39,734 nt of DNA from an uncultured Candidatus Saccharibacteria bacterium (lineage in GTDB: Bacteria > Patescibacteriota > Minisyncoccia > Minisyncoccales > UBA5738): positions 7,214 through 46,947 of the forward strand of contig CAZFZI010000001.1 of NCBI GenBank assembly GCA_964523275.1, in the 5' to 3' direction. This document shows, piece by piece, positions 25,507-33,892 of the stretch (its first letter is position 1; every line of letters begins with the position of its first letter). Under the pieces are notes generated by a model, which was not told where the DNA came from, ran no database searches, and saw nothing but the letters and a program-made list of their open reading frames with translations. Made by a program: the position numbers and the translations under genes.

Positions 25507-26481
25507 TCAGTCAAAAAACGAGATCAAAAATTCATCTATTTCGCGCTGGTCAAGGTCGTAAAAATTTTTGCCCTCATTGTGCAGTTTTTTGGCAAGATCC
25601 CTGCCCACAAACCGCCAATGCCACGGCTCAAACTGGTAATAATTGTTATTTTGCGGATAGGAAAGAATAAAACCATATTGATAGGCATTATCCAAAAGCC
25701 AGAGATAGGTATCGGTTTTTCCAAATCCATCAAATCCCGCGCCGGATTCTGTTGTAGTAAAATCCAATGTCGTGCCCAACTGATGTTCCGAATATCCCTG
25801 GTCGGCCGAAAATTGATTGGCGCCGGTGCCATAAATCATTTTATAGGAAGATTTTATGCCGGATTGCTCGTCAAAAGATCGGTAGGCCGAAACAATTTTA
25901 ATATCAATGCCATCGGCCTCGGCCGTGGACAGCATCACTTGCAAAAACGGCCAAACCTTGGAATGAATCAAATAACTTTCGTCGGGATTCAAGCCATACC
26001 GCGAATCAACTGTCGTTAATAATTCTGGGTTATAATTTTCGTTTAAAAAATAAATTTTGGAATATTTTTTCAACAATTCTTCGTCAATGGCTTTCAGTTT
26101 TTCCAAAGTGTCCACCGAACCCTTTATCTGGCCAATTTGGGAATTCAGATCGTCCATGCGGACTTTTTCCTGATAGTATTTTTCCATAGCATCATTATAT
26201 TGCAAGCCAAGATAGTCGCGCTGAGCGACAGTAATCGCCAAATCCCTTTTGGTTTGTTCAAGACCGGCATCCAAACCGTCAATTGTGAAATTGAGGCTTC
26301 TAACCAGCGCCGAAAAACCTCCCATGGTTTGAACCAATTCGCTCTCAAGAATCGTTTTGTTCTCCCTGAGCCAAAAAACCAGCGAAAACAAAATTATGAT
26401 TGTTGTGCCAACGGCCAGAGCCAGCGCCGCGGACGCGAAAGTTAAAAATAATTCTTTGAATTTGGTTTTTTCCATAATCAT
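25507..26481 (-). CDS. M15-family D-alanyl-D-alanine carboxypeptidase (VanY-like) with an N-terminal TM and coiled coil
   Basis: SAYRSFDEQ, SEHQLGTTLDF and EPWHWRFVG are the H-x6-D ... H zinc-site motifs of peptidase M15B. Confidence 0.85.
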   Translation of the reverse strand: MIMEKTKFKELFLTFASAALALAVGTTIIILFSLVFWLRENKTILESELVQTMGGFSALVRSLNFTIDGLDAGLEQTKRDLAITVAQRDYLGLQYNDAMEKYYQEKVRMDDLNSQIGQIKGSVDTLEKLKAIDEELLKKYSKIYFLNENYNPELLTTVDSRYGLNPDESYLIHSKVWPFLQVMLSTAEADGIDIKIVSAYRSFDEQSGIKSSYKMIYGTGANQFSADQGYSEHQLGTTLDFTTTESGAGFDGFGKTDTYLWLLDNAYQYGFILSYPQNNNYYQFEPWHWRFVGRDLAKKLHNEGKNFYDLDQREIDEFLISFFD

Positions 26482-26484
26482 ACA

Positions 26485-27033
26485 TTATGCCATCTTTTGC
26501 TCCACAAAATCCAGAATCTCGGCAGGTTCCGCCATGCGACCGGTTCCCACCGTGCCATCAGCCAGAGCACCCAAAACCGGCCCGGCGATAAAGCAATTTT
26601 TCCGCGCGACGACTTTCTTCATATTCTCTTGAACGAAAACATTGTTCCACATATTCACATTCATGGCCGGCGCGACAAACAGCGGCACGGATTCAGGCAA
26701 TGCCATTATTGTTGCGGTTAGAAGATTATCGGCAATGCCATTGGCAATCTTGCCAATCGTATTGGCCGTTGCCGGCGCGATTATCGCCGTGTCGGCCCAT
26801 TTGGCCAAATTGATATGACTGGCACCGCTTTCATCAGCTGTGCCGAAAGTGTCAATATAAACCGCTGATTTACTTAATGCGCGGAAAACCACCGGTGATA
26901 TCAGCTTTGCCGCGTTTTCGGTCATCACAACTTTCACCAAATTTTCTTTCTTCACCAGCATTCTCACCAGATCGCAAATTTTATAAATCGCGATGCCGCC
27001 AGCAACACCCACCAAAAAATTTTTGTTTTCCAT
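26485..27033 (-). CDS. coaC: Phosphopantothenoylcysteine decarboxylase (flavoprotein, stand-alone CoaC)
   Basis: FLVGVAGGIAIYKICDLVRMLVK, APATANTIGKIANGIADNLL and PAMNVNMW are typical of CoaC/Dfp N-terminal domains. Confidence 0.85.
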   Translation of the reverse strand: MENKNFLVGVAGGIAIYKICDLVRMLVKKENLVKVVMTENAAKLISPVVFRALSKSAVYIDTFGTADESGASHINLAKWADTAIIAPATANTIGKIANGIADNLLTATIMALPESVPLFVAPAMNVNMWNNVFVQENMKKVVARKNCFIAGPVLGALADGTVGTGRMAEPAEILDFVEQKMA

Positions 27034-27035
27034 AT

Positions 27036-27353
27036 TTATTTTTCGTTATTTTCAATTTCTTTGGCCGCGCGAGAGGCAATCCCCGTTTTCGGGCAATATC
27101 TTATTTGCCTTGCTTGCAAAGCCCCTTGCATGTTGTCTCCAATAGCGCCGGCGATAAAAACATCAACGCCAATATCTGCCAACATTTTGGCAACGGCAAA
27201 TCCGGCACCGCCGCCACCAACGCAAAATGGGTTGTCAATCATTTCAAGCAGATTCCCTCGCTCGTCAAAAATCAGATAGCAGGGAGCTTGCCCTCCCCGT
27301 TCGCTGATTTGGGCGTTTTCTTTTTTATCAACCGCGGCAATGGCAATTTTCAT
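27036..27353 (-). CDS. NifB/NifX-family (dinitrogenase FeMo-cofactor-binding fold) small protein
   Basis: MKIAIAA...ISERGGQAPCYLIFDE...VAKMLADIGVDVFIAGAIGDNMQGALQ matches the Nitro_FeMo-Co family layout. Confidence 0.7.
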   Translation of the reverse strand: MKIAIAAVDKKENAQISERGGQAPCYLIFDERGNLLEMIDNPFCVGGGGAGFAVAKMLADIGVDVFIAGAIGDNMQGALQARQIRYCPKTGIASRAAKEIENNEK

Positions 27354-27388
27354 ATTTTTCTTTGTTAAACTCGTTTAATTGTAAGGTA

Positions 27389-27901
27389 TTATGATTTAGT
27401 AATTTTTTCAACAAACAACCCGTTAATTGAAGAGAGTAAAATTATATAAAGATTGATAATCACCGCAAAAGGCAAGCCGAAATAATAAATCATCACCGGA
27501 AGCAAAGGAATTTTCACCGCACGGGCATATAAAAACGCGGCAATAAAACAATTCTTCATCCCCTTGCCTTTTAAATCCGCCAACATCGGATACCACATAT
27601 ATATGGGTCCCGACGATAAAACTCCGGCGGCAATTGACAGCCACCAGCCTTTGGCACCCGATTCTTTTCCCAAAAATCGCATAATCTTTTTTGCGTCCAA
27701 AAAAAAGTTGCAAACAAACATCAACGCAAACACCAAAACAAACACCGGCAAAATCTTGACGCAAAGCGCCACAAAGCGAAGAAGCGCGGCCTGAAGGAGA
27801 TTCGCGTTAAATATTGCCGCGATTAAATAAACCGCCCCCGCAATGGCAAGAAAAATCCACCTGTCGCCCAATTTTACCAATATTGCCTTTATCGCTGTCA
27901 T
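27389..27901 (-). CDS. Predicted permease, C-terminal half of a split two-subunit membrane permease
   Basis: Polytopic membrane protein, translationally coupled (ATGA overlap) to 27898-28332. Resembles split DUF318/ArsP-type permease pairs. Confidence 0.6.
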   Translation of the reverse strand: MTAIKAILVKLGDRWIFLAIAGAVYLIAAIFNANLLQAALLRFVALCVKILPVFVLVFALMFVCNFFLDAKKIMRFLGKESGAKGWWLSIAAGVLSSGPIYMWYPMLADLKGKGMKNCFIAAFLYARAVKIPLLPVMIYYFGLPFAVIINLYIILLSSINGLFVEKITKS

Positions 27902-28332
27902 AAAAATGAAAGAGTTACAACCGTTAATATCGCAATCATAATTGACATCAAAAAACTAATTCCGTTTCGCGCAAGCGCAAATTTTTTTCCCAGCATCAAC
28001 GACTCGGCGGGTAGCTGCACAACGCCCACTGTGACCCAAGCCAGAATAAATGCCGCCACCGCGACCAAACTAACTCCCTGCGCCAAAAATTCTCCGCCAA
28101 AAACATAGCTTGCCACCGGACTTCCCGCGAAAATACCTCCCAGCATTGCGCCAATAAGCGGATCAATCAATTTGTTGCCGGAAAAAACCCAGGCATAAAA
28201 GGTTTTTGGAACAACGGCATCAATCATCGCAAGCAGAAGCAAAACCCCAAAAACCACGGGCAAAAATTGCCCAAAAGCCCGCAAAGTTTTTTTAAACGAA
28301 TCTTTTATTTTTGGTCTGTATGTATTTTGCAT
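27898..28332 (-). CDS. Predicted permease, N-terminal half of a split two-subunit membrane permease
   Basis: Four predicted TM helices. 4-nt overlap with the downstream partner. Confidence 0.6.
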   Translation of the reverse strand: MQNTYRPKIKDSFKKTLRAFGQFLPVVFGVLLLLAMIDAVVPKTFYAWVFSGNKLIDPLIGAMLGGIFAGSPVASYVFGGEFLAQGVSLVAVAAFILAWVTVGVVQLPAESLMLGKKFALARNGISFLMSIMIAILTVVTLSFL

Positions 28333-28341
28333 TGCACAAAT

Positions 28342-28950
28342 TTAACTTGTGAAATTTTTTAAAATTTTAAAATCATTTATCAGCGTTTCCTTCATATTGG
28401 CATTATAGACTGCCACGGCCGGATGGTATAAAGGAACGATTATCCTGCCGCCAAAATCCGCTCGGGCTTCAAAAACCTGTCCATGTATTTTGCTGATGCC
28501 TTGTATTTTGTCTTTCAAGCCGTATTTTTCCATCAAAAACGCAGTGGAAAAATTTCCCAGCGTGCCAATCACCTTGGGATCAATTACTTCAATTTGTTTT
28601 TCCAAGTATGGCGTGCAGGCGATAATCTCTCCTGCTTGAGGATTGCGATTATCCGGCGGCCGGTCTTTTAGGATATTGCCAATATAAACATCATCCCTTT
28701 TAATGCCGGCCGATTCCAACAGTTCGTCCAGAATCTTTCCCGACGCGCCGCAAAACGGCCGGCCTGTTTTGGCTTCGTTTAATCCAGGCGCCTCGCCCAC
28801 AAACATTATTTTGGCATCGTGATTTCCCTGCCCGATAACCGGCAAAAAATTATTTTCCCGGCGATATTGCCCCAGCGGACATTTTTCACAGGCAACCACC
28901 TCATCCCTGATTTCTTTCATCCTCTCCATTTTGTGTGAATCTTCTGCCAT
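28342..28950 (-). CDS. Uracil-DNA glycosylase, family 4
   Basis: CEKCPLGQYR...MFVGEAPGLNEAKTGRPFCGASGKILDELL...LYHPA are family-4 UDG motifs, including the 4Fe-4S cysteines. Confidence 0.88.
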   Translation of the reverse strand: MAEDSHKMERMKEIRDEVVACEKCPLGQYRRENNFLPVIGQGNHDAKIMFVGEAPGLNEAKTGRPFCGASGKILDELLESAGIKRDDVYIGNILKDRPPDNRNPQAGEIIACTPYLEKQIEVIDPKVIGTLGNFSTAFLMEKYGLKDKIQGISKIHGQVFEARADFGGRIIVPLYHPAVAVYNANMKETLINDFKILKNFTS

Positions 28951-29030
28951 ATTTTTAATAATTTCTCAAATTTATTGCTTAATTTCAGTATATATCACAA
29001 TACCAACAAATAAAAAAAGAGCGCGTATGC

Positions 29031-29699
29031 CTAACGCGGCAAATAGCGCGATCTGATAAAATTGGTAATCGAGATCATTGGACTATCAATGGGGAGTAAC
29101 GTGTCAAAGCCCGCTTCGGTAAAAGCTTGCCTTTCCTCCTGCCAGCAAAGCCCAATAGCCGTAATCAACGGACTCCCTTGATTATTCAGCCCATCAATCA
29201 TTCGGATATCTTTGGGCGCATCACCTATAAGAATCACTTCCCGCTCCTTAACCCCTGGCAAATCTGGCAAAACTTTTTTGGTTTGTGGGGTAACAATGTT
29301 TTGGAATCTCGTCAAAACCCCGTCTTGCCAAACTGGAGTTGTCGCCACAATGCGACAATTGGGCATTGCTTCGGGGAAGAAACATTTTACCCAATCCTCG
29401 CCAAACGGATTGACAGTCAAAATCACTAGCAATCCGTTTACTTCACTGATTGCCCGGAAAAACTCCCGCATGCCTTGTCGAAGCGGAAATTTACACGCGA
29501 TTCTTTGCACAGAATCTTTCGTCGCTCCGCTTTTTTCAAGCGCGCTAATTATTGCAACAAAAGATTCTTCATCGATTCTTTCCGGCATTTCTTTGAGTTC
29601 TATGCCAGGATATTCACAAAGCAATTTTTTCCATAATATTTTCAATGGAAATCCGTTGCCTAATACCCGCGTTAAAGTGCCGTCAAGGTCCGTGGCCAC
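29031..29699 (-). CDS. HAD-superfamily hydrolase resembling pyrimidine 5'-nucleotidase (UMPH-1 / NT5C3-like)
   Basis: ATDLDGTLT (DxDxT), LRQGMREFF...LLVILT, QDGVLTRFQ and VILIGDAPKDIRMIDGL...AIGL parallel, in order, the NT5C3 segments LKEGYENFF, ETGVLKGFK and IILLGDSQGDLRMADGV...KIGYL. GTG start. Confidence 0.6.
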   Translation of the reverse strand: MATDLDGTLTRVLGNGFPLKILWKKLLCEYPGIELKEMPERIDEESFVAIISALEKSGATKDSVQRIACKFPLRQGMREFFRAISEVNGLLVILTVNPFGEDWVKCFFPEAMPNCRIVATTPVWQDGVLTRFQNIVTPQTKKVLPDLPGVKEREVILIGDAPKDIRMIDGLNNQGSPLITAIGLCWQEERQAFTEAGFDTLLPIDSPMISITNFIRSRYLPR

Positions 29700-29770
29700 A
29701 AGCGGCCCTCTGTTTCTATCTTTTATAAAGATCCCTCCAAAAATCGCAATTTAACGCTAACATTATTTTT

Positions 29771-30649
29771 CTATTTTGTCAATGTTGTGATCGGGCGGGT
29801 TTGGAGAATAAAAAACTTCCTCCGCGCAAACGCCCACTCAATATCTTGCGGCGCGCCGGCTTTCTTTTCAATCAAGCCGCATATATCGGCAATCTCTTCT
29901 ATCTGTTTATTATCAATAATTGATTTTTTACCGTTGATTTTTTTTGATATTGTTTTATTGGAAATTTTATCAATTACATAAGAATCGGGAATTGTTTTGC
30001 CGCCGACAACTTTGTCCGCAACCCCATGCGCAGCCTCTATGAATAATTCTTTTTGATTGCCGTTTGCAGGATTGGCGGTAAAACAAACTCCGGCGGTTTC
30101 CGGTTTTAACATTTCTTGCACAATAACCGCACACAATATATCATCAACGTCTATTTTATTTTGCAATCGATACATGTTCGCCCGCGGCGAAAAATACGAC
30201 GCCCAGCATTTTTTGATATTGCCAACGATTTTATTTTTCGGAACATCAACATAGCTCTCTAACATCCCCGCCCAGGAATGATTTTTTGAATCTTCGGAAA
30301 TTGCCGAACTTCTCACGGCAAATTTTTTATTTTTCCATCGGATCAAAGCGCCGTTAACCTCCTTGGCAATTTCATCCGGTATGGATAAATCCAAAATTAT
30401 TTTCTGAATTTTTTTTGATTTTTCAATCAAATCATAAATTTTTTTTGAATTGATTTCCTTCAAAAGTTTTTTGATCTTTTGGCCGGTATTATCTTGCTTT
30501 AAAAATAAATCAAAAGCCGGCGAGCCAACGACAAAACCCGATGGCACATTAAACCCGGTTTTTATCAGCCAGCCAAGATTTGCGGCTTTTCCACCGGAAA
30601 AAAGTATATTTTTTTTACTAATTTCGGCAAGATTTTTCAAATAGACCAT
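29771..30649 (-). CDS. PPDK_N-type ATP-grasp (PEP/pyruvate-binding family) domain protein, stand-alone
   Basis: FSGGKAANLGWLIKTGFNVPSGFVV, AVRSSAISEDS..SWAGM, AVIVQEM and DIEWAF....FILQTRPIT are the nucleotide-binding domain motifs of PEP synthase / PPDK / rifampin phosphotransferase. Confidence 0.85.
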   Translation of the reverse strand: MVYLKNLAEISKKNILFSGGKAANLGWLIKTGFNVPSGFVVGSPAFDLFLKQDNTGQKIKKLLKEINSKKIYDLIEKSKKIQKIILDLSIPDEIAKEVNGALIRWKNKKFAVRSSAISEDSKNHSWAGMLESYVDVPKNKIVGNIKKCWASYFSPRANMYRLQNKIDVDDILCAVIVQEMLKPETAGVCFTANPANGNQKELFIEAAHGVADKVVGGKTIPDSYVIDKISNKTISKKINGKKSIIDNKQIEEIADICGLIEKKAGAPQDIEWAFARRKFFILQTRPITTLTK

Positions 30650-30653
30650 AAAA

Positions 30654-31481
30654 TCATATTATTTTAACTATTCCACGTTTGCCGTCCAATTCCAAAATAT
30701 CGCCGCTACGGATAACTTTTGTGGCAATTTTCGTTCCGGTTACACAGGGAATTTTCATTTCACGCGCAACAATTGCCGCATGAGACATCACGCCCCCCTC
30801 GTTGGTGACAATCGCCGAAATTTTATTTGCCAATATAACAAAATCGGGAGAAAAATCCCCGCAAACGAGAATATCCCCTTGTTTAACTTTTGAAAAATCC
30901 GCCAAGGCGCGGACAACGCGAGCCGTTCCCTTGATATTGCCTTGAAAAATCGGCGTTCCCGAAATTTCTTTTCCACCGATTTCCTCTTTGGCAATTTTTC
31001 TTTCAAGAAAAATTTCCGCTTTGTCTTGATAAAAGATTTTTATTTTTTCGTCCTTCACCCAAATCGCGATTTTGTCCCTTTTTTGGATACTTTTTAATAA
31101 TTTTGGAGGAATTTGGAATAATTTTGTAGCCAAAATAATCTCTTCCGGCTTCATTTTATATATAAGCCGCCTATCAATTTGCCAACGCGCCGATAATTCC
31201 CGCACCGCTTGCGCAATTGATGAAACAACAAACATGGCATCGGTTATTTTTGCTTTTATTTCCGACGACAATTCAAGAGTTTTAATCAGTGCCTTTTCTT
31301 CTTTTTTGAATTGGTATTTTTTATTGATCTTTTGTTTTTGTTTTTTTGTCAACACAGGCGCGGCAATCAATTTATCATATTCTTTTTTAATTTCTTTTTT
31401 AGGTTTTACCAATAATGCTTTCAAAATATCTGCAAAATCCTCAACATCTAACGGTTCTGCGTTGACCCATGTGTCATGCAA
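30654..31481 (-). CDS. PEP-utilising enzyme mobile (swivel phosphohistidine) domain protein, probably the 3' part of a frameshifted gene
   Basis: The C-terminus GTARVV....GDILVCGDFSPDFVILANKISAIVTNEGGVMSHAAIVAREMKIPCVTG is the swivel His domain. The only start available at 31481 is TTG, and the ORF overlaps the upstream ORF by 34 nt. Confidence 0.75.
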   Translation of the reverse strand: MHDTWVNAEPLDVEDFADILKALLVKPKKEIKKEYDKLIAAPVLTKKQKQKINKKYQFKKEEKALIKTLELSSEIKAKITDAMFVVSSIAQAVRELSARWQIDRRLIYKMKPEEIILATKLFQIPPKLLKSIQKRDKIAIWVKDEKIKIFYQDKAEIFLERKIAKEEIGGKEISGTPIFQGNIKGTARVVRALADFSKVKQGDILVCGDFSPDFVILANKISAIVTNEGGVMSHAAIVAREMKIPCVTGTKIATKVIRSGDILELDGKRGIVKII

Positions 31482-32077
31482 GCACTATAAATTTTCGCAT
31501 GTTTTTGCAAGGCCGCGATACAACACAAATTTTTTTGATTTTTATAATAATCCAAAGCAATCTTCAAAAAAGCGATCCTTTCTTTTGTGATCGCCGTAGT
31601 GTAGTCTACCGGAGAAAAAAGAAAAAACATTTCTTTATCTTCCACGGTAACATTTCTCTTCGCAAGTAATGTTTTCAATCGTCGCATCGCTCCAACCTCA
31701 TAATAGCGTAAAGCGGCAATGTATGGCACTAAAAGCGACAACGCTAAAGCGCCGTTTTCTATTTTTTCGGAAATTGTTTTTTTTGAATCAATCGCTTTTT
31801 TCGCTTTCGCGTAATCACTTGAAAATTGCCGCTTCAACTTGCCATAATACTTCTTCGGTGCGGCAATTAAAGAGGCGTCTATGCGGGCAAAAAGCTCGCT
31901 TAGCCCTGAAACTGAAAACAAAGATGCATATTCTTCGCCAAATATCTTGATAATAACTTCCGGATGGCTGCACCCCAGAATATTTTTAAATCTTTTATAT
32001 CCTTTCGCAAAGGCGCAAGCAACCAAAAAGTTAACCTGCGCCCGCTCCTGCCCGATTTCAAATAATTCTTTTTTCAT
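31448..32077 (-). CDS. Hypothetical helical protein (209 aa), probably the 5' part of the same disrupted phosphotransferase gene
   Basis: ATG at 32075-32077, 9 nt downstream of the AbrB-like gene. Runs into the 30654-31481 ORF in another frame. Confidence 0.6.
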   Translation of the reverse strand: MKKELFEIGQERAQVNFLVACAFAKGYKRFKNILGCSHPEVIIKIFGEEYASLFSVSGLSELFARIDASLIAAPKKYYGKLKRQFSSDYAKAKKAIDSKKTISEKIENGALALSLLVPYIAALRYYEVGAMRRLKTLLAKRNVTVEDKEMFFLFSPVDYTTAITKERIAFLKIALDYYKNQKNLCCIAALQKHAKIYSACMTHGSTQNR

Positions 32078-32085
32078 TATAATAA

Positions 32086-32256
32086 TTATTTGCTGTGCCA
32101 GTCGCGAATGAGAATTCCGCCCGAAACGCGTTTGGCAACTACTTTTTGTTTTTCTTTCCAGCCCAGGTCGCGCACCATATCAATGGGCAGTGTGACTGCA
32201 AAACTTCTTTTCCCTACGCGCGTGATTTTCCGCGTGTTTTTTCCGTTTGTCGCCAT
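32086..32256 (-). CDS. AbrB/MazE/SpoVT-family DNA-binding protein (56 aa)
   Basis: MATNGKNTRKITRVGKRSFAVTLPIDMVRDLGWKEKQKVVAKRVSGGILIRDWHSK. The VGKRSFAVTLP..MVRDLGW..G..V pattern is the swapped-hairpin AbrB fold signature. Below the ORF-track cut-off. Confidence 0.65.
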   Translation of the reverse strand: MATNGKNTRKITRVGKRSFAVTLPIDMVRDLGWKEKQKVVAKRVSGGILIRDWHSK

Positions 32257-32315
32257 AATTTTTATTGTTGTTTATTATTGGTTATTGTTTTCATCATACA
32301 ACAAAACAAAAACTG

Positions 32316-32339
32316 ATGTAAGTAGCAATGTAAGTAGCT
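32316..32339. repeat. Tandem 12-mer ATGTAAGTAGC(A/T) x2 upstream of the AbrB-like gene
   Basis: Units at 32316-32327 and 32328-32339, 60-83 nt upstream of the ATG at 32256. Confidence 0.7.
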
Positions 32340-32403
32340 AAATTCCTCCATCCGTCAACTGCTATAAACAATAATGGTTTTGTAACTAATTCACCATCAA
32401 TTT

Positions 32404-32664
32404 TTAAGAATACCTCCACTGCAAACACCCCCTTATCTGGAAATTTATTTGTCCATTTTTCCTCAAATGGCTGAGATTCTTCGGCTGTTTCAATGGTAAA
32501 TTAAATATCCATTTTTCTGCAGGCCTATAAGTCGCTTTTTTCCATTTTTTAATCCCAAGCATTTTTCCAAATATATCAATATTCTTTTTGCCAAATATCT
32601 TTCCAAAAACCCATGAAATAATAACGGCGGGTGTTTTTTTAATTATATATTGTGTTATATCCAT
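32404..32664 (-). CDS. Hypothetical Lys-rich small protein (86 aa)
   Basis: ATG at 32662-32664, 58 nt downstream of the RelE-like gene. Hydrophobic N-terminus. No family recognised. Confidence 0.3.
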   Translation of the reverse strand: MDITQYIIKKTPAVIISWVFGKIFGKKNIDIFGKMLGIKKWKKATYRPAEKWIFNLPLKQPKNLSHLRKNGQINFQIRGCLQWRYS

Positions 32665-32722
32665 AAATATTTATTAATTGCAAATCTAAAATTTTGGAAA
32701 TATCAATTTCACAATTCATTAA

Positions 32723-33100
32723 TTACTTTCTTTGCGATAAATATTCTTTAATGCGAGCCTTGTTCTCGTTGATTTGATCGGCTTTGTAATAAATTTCGAT
32801 GAATTCTATTTTTGAATCATCCGGATAAAAGGCGTAGATTATTCTGATGCCGCTTTGATTGCCGCGGTTTTTCAACGACCTGCAGGTAAATTTTTTCAGT
32901 TTGCATATCTTTACCTGCTCAAAACAAAATCCGGGAATTGGGAAAACGGCACGACTGTCAATTGAATTGATATGATAAGCTTCCAACGCATAGATTTTTG
33001 CTTTTTCAATATCAGCGGCCAAGGAAACAAAGCGTTTCAACAAACGCTTTAAATCTTTCTCAAACGTACTAATTGAACTATAGCAAATCTTCCGCGTCAT
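32723..33100 (-). CDS. RelE/YafQ/ParE-superfamily toxin-like protein (125 aa)
   Basis: FEKDLKRLLKRF near the N-terminus and GIRIIYAFYPDDSKIEFIEIYYKADQ near the C-terminus match the RelE/YafQ pattern. ATG at 33098-33100 overlaps the upstream antitoxin gene by 23 nt. Confidence 0.65.
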   Translation of the reverse strand: MTRKICYSSISTFEKDLKRLLKRFVSLAADIEKAKIYALEAYHINSIDSRAVFPIPGFCFEQVKICKLKKFTCRSLKNRGNQSGIRIIYAFYPDDSKIEFIEIYYKADQINENKARIKEYLSQRK

Positions 33101-33866
33101 AACTCCTTACCGAAGTGGCATCGGTGCGGTAAAACACCGCTTCATATTGCATCGGCTTGCCCTGTTCGCCCATTATCCAAGGAACATCCGCATGAGATAA
33201 AGCCGAAATATCGGTTGCAGTCATATTGGACAAACGATCAAGTTCCCAATCGATATGTTCTTTTTCTTGTCCGCTAATCACGCTTAAATTTGGTTTGGTC
33301 GCAGGGTTAATGATATATTTTGTTTGCGGATACTGATAATATTTGCTTTTTATCGCTTCAACTTTATTTTCTTTAATCAAACCGCGCATTATTTTCTCAA
33401 ACATTATCGGTGTCGGTCCGTGATGATTTTTAATATATAGGACGCCCATTAATTGCTCTTCGTATTTTTCGTAATAATCAAAATCGATAAAATATAAAAT
33501 TTTATACAAAACAGTCATTCCCACATTCGGCTTGCCGCCAATTTTTTTGAGAATATACAATAATACTTCTCGAAATTTATCGGCATATTCCTGCGGTATG
33601 TCAATTCTGATATTATCCTCTTTTTGCGCGGCATTTTCTTTTTTGGGTATGATTTTAACCGAAACAGACGGCATATTTTGCGCCAAAAAATCGTCCAATG
33701 CCAGGCCAAAAATTTGCGCCAATTTTTGGGCTTCGGGCACGGTTAAGTCTCTCCGCCCTTGCTCAATTTGCGCGTAAGTCGGCCGCGAAACGCCAATCTC
33801 GCCCGCGAGATATTTTTGGGTCAAATTGTTTTTTTCTCTTAATTTTTTGATATAATTTGAATCCAT
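33078..33866 (-). CDS. HTH_XRE - DUF4065 (Panacea/SocA-like) fusion, PanA-type antitoxin candidate
   Basis: The N-terminus LREKNNLTQKYLAGEIGVSRPTYAQIEQGRRDLTVPEAQKLAQIFG is an XRE HTH. The central GGKPNVGMTVLYKILYFIDFDYYEKYEEQLMGVLYIKNHHGPTP matches the DUF4065 core. Confidence 0.75.
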   Translation of the reverse strand: MDSNYIKKLREKNNLTQKYLAGEIGVSRPTYAQIEQGRRDLTVPEAQKLAQIFGLALDDFLAQNMPSVSVKIIPKKENAAQKEDNIRIDIPQEYADKFREVLLYILKKIGGKPNVGMTVLYKILYFIDFDYYEKYEEQLMGVLYIKNHHGPTPIMFEKIMRGLIKENKVEAIKSKYYQYPQTKYIINPATKPNLSVISGQEKEHIDWELDRLSNMTATDISALSHADVPWIMGEQGKPMQYEAVFYRTDATSVRSYDAEDLL

Positions 33867-33892
33867 TTTTAAGTTTTGATTCTTATATCTTG

